DNA of 64,000 nucleotides. It comes from Phallusia mammillata. Taxonomy: Eukaryota. A program made the position numbers and the translations under genes. A model generated the notes under the pieces. That model saw only the letters and a list, made by a program, of their open reading frames with translations. It had not been told where the DNA came from and searched no databases. Location of the stretch: contig OZ281497.1 of assembly GCA_965637545.1 (NCBI GenBank), forward strand, positions 22,382,001 to 22,446,000. The letters run 5' to 3'. Shown one piece after another: positions 35,946 through 47,800 of this stretch; positions within the stretch are counted from its first letter, which is position 1; each line of letters starts with the position of its first letter.

Positions 35946-38900
35946 TCATCTACCAAAAAGTCCTGAACCGAAACTTGCAGCTGAACCAAATGTATTAGCG
36001 GGCAGTGGCGGTCCCATGGTACACGAACCAAAATCAGGAAAGCCTAGAGTAAGACTGGCGCATCGTTCCACAATTCCAGTTTCTGCATTCATTCCAGTCA
36101 CCCACTGTCGTCGTGCCAAGTCAAAAGTGGCAACTTGGATGGTATCGTCTCCGTGAACTACATAGTTAATAAACGTTTTTTAGCAAAAGGCAAATTTTGT
36201 GCAAGTCGTAATCAAATTGTTGTAGTTGCTAAGTTTTTGCAGCTGACAACATAAAGTGGATTCTATTTGTTGAATCCAAACATAAAAAAGTCTTGCAGCT
36301 GGTATTATTGTTATATTGTTGCAATATTAATTGGAAGAAAAAGACTTGGCAATACACTAAAAAACTGAAATAGTGCAAACATTAGGTGAAAAGTTTTTGT
36401 GATTCCCCCTTTCCTTGATTTTTTGAACATACGTTTTCTTCGCACATTAGTTAATCTATAACCCTGACTTAATGACACTTTATAAGCTTGATAGTTTATG
36501 CGTTTGCAAACAACGCACTTTTGAAAGATTCGTTGCACAAACAGTGGTTTAAAGTTAGTGAGCAAAGTGATTTGAACTAGGTATTAACAGTGTTTGTAGG
36601 ACAACATTTGTACTGTAACTTACCGATGTACGCCCTGTTTTGACGAACCAAATACATTTTGACGTTTAAAATATCCGGACCTGATAGGGTTAATGTTTCC
36701 CAGGTGTTTGACTTAATCGTGTAAACTTCTATCGGAACTGAAGGTAGTACACTAAGTCCAGGTTGCTGTCTTCTTTTATTTTTGCTTGTCGGCTTTGTGT
36801 TTCTTTTGCAACCGATGGCAAACAAATATCCTGTTTTGTTGTCAGCGGAACGAAATATATAAGAAATATTTTAACGAACTGCAACATTTCTATAAGTTTT
36901 AAGTTATTGGTTGGTCTTAAAATTTGACAATGTAAATTGATTGCATACAACTAGTGATATTAGTACACGCATAAGTCGCAGGTTTTTTTTCAAGCTTCGC
37001 AGGCTTGCGGAATATAACTTACAAAAAATCAGCGAATATACGGACATATAGCCTAATATTTATAAATGCTTACGATTGGAATAAGTAAGTATGTTTATTT
37101 CGGACGAAACATTCGAACAAAAAAAAAATTAAAAATAGAAAGTGCGGGGTAGCGAAAGACTCTGTGGTCACCGTGTCGCCCACCCCTTATAAGATTAAGA
37201 TGTGTATTTGTTTTGAAAGGTTTCACACCGTAGATTCATGGATTTAAGACCTTGAAGCAGGCAACGGAAACAAATTTGCTTCAGTATTTATATTTGTAAT
37301 TCAACTTTAAAAGCGAAAAGTTCAGTATTTATATTTGTAATTCAATTTTAAACGTGAAAAATAAACTAGCCTACCGTCATATGGTACAAGTGCAAAACAT
37401 GATCTGTCATATTTCATGGAGGAATGTTGTGTGGTTCGTTGTCCGCTAAAATCTTTCTTGTAACTTTCCAGCTTACAGTTAAACGTTCCACTAGCCACAT
37501 ATAAAGTATCTGCGTGGTATAATCTTAAATTTAATAAACATACACTTGAAGATTTTGCTTTGTTGGAAAAAACTTACCACCAACAAACGCAACTGCTCCT
37601 TCTGAATACCTAGTCGTCAACCGGACTTCATCCTGCCAATTTGCATCACGAAGGGACCATGCCTTATCATAATCAATTGCATACAATTTTTCAAAACCAT
37701 AAATTAATGGTAAGCTTCGTTTTGAAATATTATAGTCTGCCGTCTCAAAAATAAACACAAAAAATCTCGCACAAATGCAAACAAAAGTGCAAGACTTGTC
37801 AGGGAAAATTTTATGTTTGAATTACCTTTATTTTCACCCACTTAGGAACAAAAATACTGTGGTTGTCAAATGCTTTTGGTTTTAATGCAGACATGTCGCA
37901 ACTATACACATCACCCGATTGACACATCACATACATTGTGTCCAAAGCTAACTCTGCAGAATATTTACAGTGAATATTTTAGTGAATGGAATGGTTTTAC
38001 TAAAACGGCAAAAAATGTGTGTAAAAAACAGGTTTTATGTAAAAAATTTACATTCAGGTTATGATGAAAAGAGCAGTAACAACCAAGATGTAATGCAAGT
38101 TCTGCTTGACATTAAAATAAACACAATAATGTCAAATCTGTTGAACCATTTTTTATTTATTTTTTTCAACTTGTGCAGTTGATGACTTTCATTTAGTTAA
38201 ACCCGATCAGCTGGTTTGAGCAATACCGCCCAAGTTCTTGCTCAAGGAAACAATAGCAACCAAAATAAGATTAGAACCCATAACTTTGTGAACATCATGC
38301 GCCAACCACTCGACCATCTTGGCGAGGATGTTGTAACAACGCAAAAACACCAACAATAAAATAAATAAAACGAACACACTGACCAGTTTGAGCATTTGGA
38401 ACAAACTGTCGCATGTAAGGTATCACTGCCTTTGCAGCTGCAAAGTTTTGGCTTACAAGGTTCTGAAATATAAAACAAAAATTCAGCCAAATCGTTGAAA
38501 AAATGGAAATTGCAATTCCCTGCAGTGGCGTAGGCAGACGAAAATTTTGAGAGGGGCCAAATAGGTTGCTGTCTAAAACAACTTTTTTGCTAATGCTCGG
38601 CGTAAGGCGTGCTTATGGCAAACACGTGACTTGCCAAACTTTGACGGTACTGCCAAACGCTTAATAGATTTATTCCATGTTCACATAAACATAAGAAGCA
38701 TGGACTTCAGCTTACAACTTGGTGACAACAGTCATTTTTGATAATTTATATATTCCTTTGATAGTTGAAAGACGAAACCGCAATGATGAGGGCCAAAACT
38801 ACACTAAATTAAAGTTTCTCAATATACAACTTTAAAAATTTGGGAGGGACCATGGCCCCTTTGGCTTTAAAACAGTCTACATATTTGGATGTTTTATAAT

Positions 38901-41734
38901 GATGGTTCTATTTATTTTAGAATTTAGATTTCAGAGTAATTTGAAAGATAAAAGTGTGCAATTGCAAATAGTAAACACATTCATGAAAAGTATAATCACT
39001 GCTTTTTTCTAATAAATCCAGCAGCTGTGTAAACTCTAAAGATTTAACATTAGTCTGGTGGTACTGCAGACCATTTATTCTGGTTGTACTACAAAACATT
39101 GAAATATTTATATTTTCCAAAAAAGTTAAGATACATCATAATAACCCTACCTTCATATTTATCAAAAGCACCCAAGTTGATTGGGAAAGTGATTTTGGTT
39201 CAATCATGTCATAAAACATTTCAAACTTTTCCATTCTTTTGTCCATGTCATGTTTGATCCACAAAAGTGCACATTTCATTAACTGATCATCAGACACTTT
39301 TCCCTGATTGAATAGCATGTTTAATTAAAGGATTTGTATACTTATGTAGCAATCATAAACTATCATTTTAAATGTATTTCCACGTATGCCTTCAGAAAAG
39401 GTATGCTTGGCAGAATGAGATAGAGAACCTTGATTAATTTTATAAAATCCTCCATGTAAAGTTGGTCAATGTTGCGAAATTGGTTACTGTTAATGATAAA
39501 AAACACATGAGCACAAATTTGTTGCTCCGCATGTTGTATTAAAATTTGTTTTTTAAACTTTATTCCAGCAATCCATATATCAATACAGTTGTTATGTGAT
39601 ATCATTTCCACAATGCAATTTTCAATCTCATCACTGAACTCTGCAATCAAAGAACAGAAGATTTAGTACTGCACTACACTGTTTAGGTAGATTGCTTATC
39701 TTAATTAACAAAAATGTTTAGTTAAATATTTTGCCAACAACTAGAAGGGTGGCTTAGCACATTTTGCCTTTGCACATACACTATAACCTATTTTGAAATG
39801 TTGATATATTCTCTATACTTAATTGGAAATGGGTCCTATATTCTTCATCGTCTTTTATAACCTTAGTTGTTTCAGCAGGAGGAAGCTTTTGGGTCCCACT
39901 CTACAAACTGTCCAAACTTTATACAATTCCAACACTGTTTGAAAAACTTGTCCATTTTAGGGGCTGGTGGTGTACATGTTAAAAATATAGGGTGAAAACT
40001 TAAATTGGTACCTAAAAATGACATCATCTACTACCTGTCTGAATTGCATTCAATTTCGACTTAGTTTACAAATTTTACCTATTTTAGGGGTCAATGGGGT
40101 ATATGGTGGGGCTACAAGGTAAAACACAACAATCGACACCTATAAATGACAAATTCTACATGCTGTCCAAATTTCATTTTTTTCCGACATTGTTTAAAAA
40201 AGTCGCCCATTTTAGGGGGTTAGTGGGGCAACTGGCGGGGTTCAAGAAAGGGGACCCATAATTAGTGTTTTTAGTAAGCATAATAATTATGTTACCTTTC
40301 ATACAAAAGTAATCAGTGACAGCCAACAAGTCATTCAACATATCTTGATTAACCCAGATTTTTTTGGTGTAAATAAAATCAAATACCAATGCCATACTTT
40401 CATCATCAATTTCACTTATGTGACAAGTTGATTGATGTTTTTCTTTCATCTGCATAATAAGCGTAAACGAGCCACAAGCAAAAATTTTTTAACCTATATT
40501 TAAAGTGACTACAGTAAAATAATCATTGTGCTGCAAAAACATGCTGATTGTTGACCAACATAGGTAAGCAATTCACTATTAAATTTTACAGGCAAAAAAA
40601 AGCACAACAGAAAAATGAACAATTGTGATAATAATGTTACATCTAAAAATTTGGCCAACCTCTGTTGTAAAAAGTTTGTTGAAATACTCAAATTGCACAG
40701 CAACAATTGATTTATGAACATGAAACTGCCTTGTTCCTGTTGAGATTGTGACATCACAATACTTTTGCGATCCAAAGCGATCACTATTAATCACAAAAGT
40801 CACCATTTAACATATAGCCTACATTTTTAGAAGGATTTGTCAAAAAAATTGAAAGTTGTACATCACACTTGTATACTCAAATTCCGACCAAGAAACCAAA
40901 AACAAACTTTTTTACAACGTCAACCAGAAAATTAAAGATTACCTGTTTAGTTGGTGTCGAACAAATTTGTCCAATGCACTTTGATCAGTGTCGTCAACAA
41001 CTGCTAATCAAAGAGATAAATTTGCACAATTGCATTTTCCAAACAACATAATTAAACATTTAAAAAGGGCACAACATACACCATATAGAAAATAGTATTT
41101 TCTGTGTTTTGCTGAACATATTAGTTACTATGTGTAACCTTTTTCAAAGCCTTCAGGGAGAATTATTTCTGGGTCTTCCACCACCCTTCCTTCATAAATA
41201 TTGTTAATAAAATCTTTAATTCTTTGAAATTTGTTGCTATCTTCAATTTCCACAATTCCAAAATCTACAGCAACCTGTTAATAAGTTTCAGTAAAAAAAA
41301 ACAGATTTTAAACAGTATGAAAATAACAATAAAATATAACTTTTGTTTTATAATTACAAATTTTTCAATAAAAGCAATAACATATTACCTTGGAAAACAA
41401 ATCATCAAAAAAGCTAAATGTTGTCCCAAACAGACATCTGTGAAGAACAATTTTTTCATGGTCATGAGTGATTGTAAGATCACAAAATTTTTGTTCATCA
41501 TTTCTATCCCTGTATAACAAGCATTTTTTTACTTTTGTAAAATCATGAAAACCAAGGCAGTTATGCACCTTTGCAACAGATTTGTAAGACTGAACTCAGG
41601 AGCATCACTTCTTGCATCCAGCAAAACTTGTGTTCTGGAATGGTGCAAAGATATTGTTTTAACATAAAAATGATACAAATATGTTGTATAAGTTACCTTG
41701 TTAGTTTTCGTCTTTTTGCTGAAACCTCAGACAT
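35946..41734 (-). CDS. K3: intact truncated-BTB/BTB/BACK/Kelch protein, 663 aa, putative CUL3 adaptor (exons 41697-41734, 41569-41634, 41389-41509, 41139-41274, 40943-41003, 40660-40783, 40296-40449, 39429-39640, 39151-39303, 38384-38462, 37826-37953, 37578-37743, 37375-37509, 36624-36830, 35946-36157)
   Basis: 15 GT-AG exons with consistent phases sum to 1992 nt without stops. BTB motifs FCDLTI..LHRCLF and YCDVTI..VHKSIVAVQFEYFNKLF..FIYT, BACK NCIDIW / CALLWIKHD, Kelch-like LYVASG, YLFAIG, EVYTIKSNTW. Confidence 0.8.
38150..38325 (-). mobile_element. tRNA-derived SINE in K3 intron (decayed copy ~58150-58305 in the homologous K4 intron)
   Basis: A-box-like GGTCGAGTGGTTGG, B-box-like GGTTCTAATC, conserved SINE core-like TTTCCTTGAGCAAGAACTT, A-rich tail. 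Confidence 0.7.
39830..40262. mobile_element. Probable non-autonomous insertion in K3 intron 7
   Basis: Three CCATTTTAGGGG-type repeats and GGGTCCC/GGGACCC ends. The homologous K4 intron is ~0.5 kb shorter. Confidence 0.4.
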
Positions 41735-42584
41735 AGTAAATACTATTTCTACTCTACAGCTAGTAAGTGTTTTTTATTTATTTTAGTGTAAAAAATGAAA
41801 CCACAGGAAGTAAATGCTACTGTTTAAAAAAACATATGATGAGTCAAAAAATCAATACTGAATAGTATTTTATTTACAAAATGATGAGCAGATGATAAAA
41901 AGACAAATGTCCTGACAAAACAACCTCTATTCTGCAACTCAGGTACTATTTTCTCCCATTTTTAAAATTTTAGAAATGTTTTTTTAAACCATGTAAATAT
42001 TACTTGCATTCATTTTCTTGACATTTTAATGTCCACAAGACAAATAAGTCTCCAATTCATTGTGTGTTACTAAGACAAAAGAGTTTAGCATTGCCTAAAA
42101 TCCTGATTGATGTACTGTGTGAGTAATTCAAATTAGAGGAACCTTTATGTCTTGCGCTTATTTTCTGCAGACATGTTAGATTCATGAAGAAGAATATCAT
42201 ATTTTGCAACCATTCAGGCTATGGCACTAATTTTTAATCAGAGAAACAATTATGTCAGGTGCAAGTGTGTCATTCCATCATGAATAATAGCATAAATTAT
42301 TGCCCACAGGTTTGATTGATGACAAAGAATATCATATTTTACAACCGTTTAGGCTGGTGAATGGTTTTTCTTTAACCTACATAAACAAAGCCATTGGTAG
42401 ATGCCTGTGTAAAGTCTAAGATTTCAGCATTTAAGTCATGCAGGACAAACCTAACCAATTCTATTCCCTCTACACCCTACTTTCCGACTTTCTTTGAAAA
42501 AATAACGAAATATGACAAGTTGAGAATTAAAAAGTGTACGTATTTGATGTTAAGTAAACACCATAGAGAAAGCACTTTTGATAA

Positions 42585-42634
42585 GGGGTAATCCCCGTGT
42601 TGTGTGGGTCATCATGATACCACGGTAATTCCCC
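42585..42634. promoter_or_regulatory. Pair of near-consensus NF-kB-like sites upstream of K3
   Basis: GGGGTAATCCCC and GGTAATTCCCC, positionally homologous to the perfect pair upstream of K4. Confidence 0.4.
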
Positions 42635-43112
42635 TATAAAATCATTGAAATATTTTGATTTCTATGACTTTTTTTTAAAATGTCACTGCCTTTAAATCTG
42701 GTGGATATTAGCTGCAACTTTTTGTGAAAAGGTTCTGTTACAAAAAGTCTAGTGACAGTAACCAGTAATGCTAACCGGTTCGCTGATCCCATAAAATTTC
42801 GTGAGATGGTTCTATAGAACCGATGCGAACCGGCTGAATCGCATCACTGAATAGGACCCGAGTCTTCAATATTTTTTGTTTTTAACTTTTGAGAAATTGT
42901 TTACACAACAACTATTTGTAGAGGTTATCTCCTACCGATTCTTCGAAAATCTTTATATAGTACGGCCGTATCTAAACGTAGAATTTGAAGAAAAAAAATT
43001 CAGCAGTTAAATGATTCAAAAGTTCTTAAATGTACCCAGTCATATAGCGGCAATTTCAATGCATTTGCACAGAAAAAGTGGTTCTTTTTTAGTTAGATAT
43101 AGTAGGTTGCAA

Positions 43113-43563
43113 CAGTGGTTCCCAACCTTTTTTTGTCGCGACCCAAATACTTACCAAAATTTTGTTTTGTGGCTTCTCGCGACCCATCGATATGTATTCT
43201 TACTATTTGGGTTGTGTTTTTGTTCAGGAAAGTTTTTCGAAAATTACTACGCTAGTTTGAAAAATTAAAAACATCAAACAAAAATTATTCGTTTTACGCC
43301 AACTGTAGTGTTGGCTCAAAGCATTATGAGCCAGACAACGCTTAACAGTGATCTCACACAAACATTATGACGTCACAAACAGAATAATTCACTATCACGC
43401 CAAATAGCCATGAAATTGTCATTGGGAAACAATTTATAGCCTTGGGAAATAACAAAATAATGCGACGAAACGTAGATACTCTAATTGTCACAAAAACTAG
43501 CGAGCCAACAGAATTTACAGGCGACCCAACTTTGGATCGCGACCCATAGGTTGGGAAACACTG
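43113..43563. mobile_element. hAT-type MITE
   Basis: TIRs CAGTGGTTCCCAACC / GGTTGGGAAACACTG, flanks GGTTGCAA/GGCTACAA (6/8), subterminal CGCGACCC repeats. Confidence 0.8.
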
Positions 43564-43903
43564 GGCTACAACACGAACTAGACAAGATAGTCTCTGATAT
43601 GATTAACGATGAATGTAGCATAGACTTAATAAACTTGAAATATTAAATTTTCCATTTCTAAGATTTTCAATTTCTAAGACATAATCTAATTTTCAGTAGT
43701 TTTAAAAATTTGATTCTTATATTTTTGACATTTTTTTGTACATTTTGCGCCCTATACTTAAAATCTCCTTGATTTTTGACGCGTTAAGAAAATTTGTGAA
43801 TAGTCCCTGTAGTCTAAAGGAAGAGGATACTAATCACAATTAGTACCATTAATGAAAAAAAGTCCGCTTATGAAAATTTGAGACCTCGGAGTTGCGTCCG
43901 TTG

Positions 43904-44088
43904 GTAGAATGTGATAATCTCCAACCGCATAAAACAAAGAATTTAACCTTGGGCCTTTCAGATAAATTGGTCCATCACATTGGCAAAGAGACTGAAACAG
44001 TTGATGAAGTAAGGCTTCAAGACAGTTAGATAGAAGAAACGACACAGATTGAAAATCGTGAAAATGCGGCTGATACCTTGTGTTAATG
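43904..44088 (+). pseudogene. Orphan Kelch exon (K1/K2 type) with dead splice sites
   Basis: VECDNLQPHKTKNLTLGLSDKLVHHIGKETETVDEV... matches the K1 32161 and K2 46426 exons. Internal TAG. Acceptor reads TTG and donor reads CT. Confidence 0.75.
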
Positions 44089-44855
44089 CTGAGTTCGCTG
44101 ATTTTGTATGAAATGATATAGGGCCTGTTGTCCTGAGACGGATGTGCTGATTTCATATAAAATATGACTTGTGGCAGTAATGCTTGCCTTCGCCACAACT
44201 GCCTGTTTTACGACTTTACATTTTCCTTATAACCTTATATATATGCATATATGCTCCCCACCTACGTACAAACTTTACTAACTTTCGGGCGTAAAAGTGG
44301 CTTTATTATTTTATTTTTTTAATCGGGTTTAGGCCTAGGCCTTTTTATAACTGTTTTTCAAACATCATCTTACAAACTGTTTGTGGTTATGTCTATCGAC
44401 ATATTATTAAGCATGTGAAAACTGTATTTTGTGCGTTTCATAAATATATATTTACACACAAAAAAAATACGAACACGAGGAATCACCCAAACACAAATTT
44501 ACTTTAGAACCGCAAGAAGTTGGCTGTCGTGTGAAATTTGTACACTATTCCAATGCATTTAAATTCTCAAACTCCCTAAAAAAATTATATTGCAAATATT
44601 ATCCTAATAAACAAAACAGCAATACATTTATTTATATGTGACTGTTTATTTACAGTAAGTTGACACTAATTTCTAGGGTTATGGAATTTAAATCTTTCGC
44701 TTTCCTCCATTGACACAGGAGTGGATTATAAAACGGTGGTTTATCATCTTTGCAATAAGGACAACAAACCAGAGAAATCTAGTGAAATTAGAACTGGTGT
44801 AATCAAATGGCGGAATATACAATACGTCTCTAAACCAAATATGAAATACAAGTTC

Positions 44856-47800
44856 TTAAATGCCTGCAAATTTTTGATCCAAAACGCAAACGCTGAAATT
44901 CGCATAGCTGAGAACAAATGCAGCGCATCGTTGAATCATAAGCATTGTTGGTGTGATTTCTGATTCCCACTTTTGTTTTACCAAATTAAATGTTGACACT
45001 TCTATGGTGCTTGTCATTGATTTATTCACTGCACAAATAACCAAGAGTATATTGTAATCTTTCTTTGTTTGTGTAAAGTATGCCAGTGCTTGTATAATTA
45101 AATGAAAGGTTACTTTGGGTCAATTCAACTCACAATGTTATCTTAATTCGCCTTGCATTATTTAGTGTGTTTATTTTTTAATTTTCATTTTTATGCACTG
45201 AGTTACTGACCTATGTAAACCTTATCGTCTTGGACCACTGTCATTTTAATGTCAGGCAGATTCGGACATTTTTCAGATATTGTTGACCAGTAGTTGCAGT
45301 ATGTTGAATAAACTTCTATAGATTGTACCCAAGAATTGCCTTTTCCCTCTCCACCAATTGCAAACAGACCACCTGTTTTGGGAAGAATGGGTGATAGTGC
45401 AACTGGTTGGAGTTTATGGTTTTATTCAAACCTCGTTTGTTCGGAAGGAGCTCATTGAAGCAAGTTTTTCCCAACGATTGTTCTCATACTTCTCCATGCA
45501 TTTTAACCGCTTTCCGTTGAACCCAATCCCGCCAGCAACGTACAGAACATCTAGTTGAGGAGTTAGACAAGTTTAAGTCGTAAAACAAGCAGTAGTAGCG
45601 AAGACAAGCATAGATCCACTATTAGTTGATAACCGTACAGTGATTGCCTTTAATGTAGCCTTATTTATTATTTCTTCGAACAGATTTAGACGCATAAATC
45701 GTTCATTGTATAAATACCATTGTTTGTTAATGTATACTGTATTTAGCTGTGGAATTTAAATATAATAGTTTATATCATCGGTTCTCAACCGTTTTTATTA
45801 TCGGGGCGAAGGAAGTTTTCCAGTGTGTAAGAGCAGCAAAAACCACGAATTAAAAAAAGAACGCATGTGAACAGCATACAACAAGAATCTGAATAGTTTC
45901 TTTTTTAATATCTCTTCTGTGCAGAGAGCTTTCTGATTCTGACTTATGAGACACAATACAACAAACATTTACCTTTGGACGTAATTTTTCTCGGTTAATA
46001 GATTGATTGTGTTGAAAAATGGTATTGTTTAAATATGCAGCACTGTGAACTTTTATAAATGATAAATTTCGAAGCATTTTTGGTATATAATATATATATA
46101 TGAGCATTTCACATCCGTTAAATGAGCATTTCACATCCGTTAAACAGCTACATGACAATCCATCCTTTTGAAACAAATCAGTGATTTTGCTTTAACACTA
46201 AACCATTAAACTTACCATTGAAACAAGCTACAGCCGCATTTTGGCGTTTTTCAATCATTGGTATTTCTTCTTCCCAACTGTTTATGGCGTCGTCAAACGA
46301 CCACACTTCATTTGTAGTTTCAATCAATCTTCCTATATAACCGCCAATGTGATAAACACGCCCGTTAGAAAATCCCAAGCTAAAGTTCTTCGTTTTATTA
46401 GGTTGGAGATCATAACATTCTACCTGCGGGCGCAAGAGCATAAAATCGGTAAACTTTCAAAATGTTAAAACATAAAACATAGTGTTTGCTTTGTACTTAT
46501 AGTCATGTTGCCTACAAGAGTACAAAGCTGACTGCAAGTCTAATTGAGTCCAACTCGACCAGCTTCAGATTCGTATTTGGAACAAATTAGCAATGAAATA
46601 AAACTTGGCTCACATACAATCCACGTGGGAATATGGAACATAGTTTCTTTTACTGTGTTTTCTTTCATAAAACCGACATCACAACGATACACGTCTTTCG
46701 ACCTACATCACATCATCCATATATAACTAAACTTCCAATCTGAAAGGTAAACAAAACAACTGTTGCAAGTTAATTGATTTTGCAATAACAGCAAGTTTTT
46801 AAGCATAGAAAGTTAGGACTTGATTTGTGTACAGTCTGTGGACTGTAAAAGCAAGAAATATATAATAACCAGGTCGTGTAAAGGGAACGTAGCGGCAAGT
46901 GTATGAAACCAAAGCATTTGCAGCTTCCAAGCTTTTGCTCACGATTTCCTACAATATGATATGTTTTACCAATAACCACCAACATTTACCTATTGAGCTA
47001 TGATGAACGTTTATTGATTGCTCCACCGGTTGAAAAGCGTTTATGCAGATCAACGATCGCTGAACGCTTACACGCATCAAAGCGGTCTCAAGAATTTCCA
47101 TTTAGCAAAGCATTGGAAGGTCCAGCCTGTGGTGGGATTCAAACCCGAACCAGTAAAGGCCGAGATATGTTTTATCAAGTGTCTTCCGCATGGGAGCAGT
47201 TGGGAAATGTATGACGTTTTTGATATACCTGCCGTGCTACAATTAAACTTAATATAGTGCCTTTTAAACTAAAACTCTTCAATTTTAGCAAGCTCTGCAA
47301 CACTGTAGGGACCACATCCAAAACAGCGATAAAACTTTATGTCACGTGCAAGAAATTGTAGCTCGCGTAACATAGAAAAAGTAGCTCGCGTAACATAGAA
47401 ATTAGTGATGAAACCACAGGGCACATTATCGTTTATCGAATATTAAACACATAAACTTCCATCAGCTCACCTTTTCATTTAACAGCAATTGCCAAGACGA
47501 TTTTGTGAGAGAATGCGGCTCTACAAAACCATAAGGTGCACCAAATTTCTCAGTCCGTCGTTCCACGTCGCAATTTATCCATAAAATTGCGTTTTTTATG
47601 AAATCGTCACTAGCTATTTGACCCTAAAAAATACTTTGCAGTACGTGTTATGATACAAAATCAAGTTTGGGTTTAAAGAAAGTATAAAAATGATTTTAGA
47701 CCTTTATAAGTTGCATAAAATCAATGATATGCACGGGGTCCATGTGAAGAAACTCATCACTGGCGAGAACTGAAGATGAATGTTTTTGAATGTGGTTCTC

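Noticed and set aside
38917-39120. Possible extra K3 exon (YHQTNVKSLEFTQLL...)
   Set aside because: No convincing phase-0 donor, the K4 equivalent is frameshifted, K2 lacks it, and K3 is in frame without it. Its conservation is explained by recent duplication.
46708-46710. In-frame TGA in K2 as selenocysteine or readthrough
   Set aside because: K2 has independent frameshifts, the paralog has a Gly codon here, and no SECIS was recognised.
30438-47400. Short tandem repeats (30438-30476, ~35145-35185, 37280-37360, 46100-46143, ~47358-47402) as CRISPR-like arrays
   Set aside because: Only two adjacent units each, no spacers, eukaryotic context, no cas genes.
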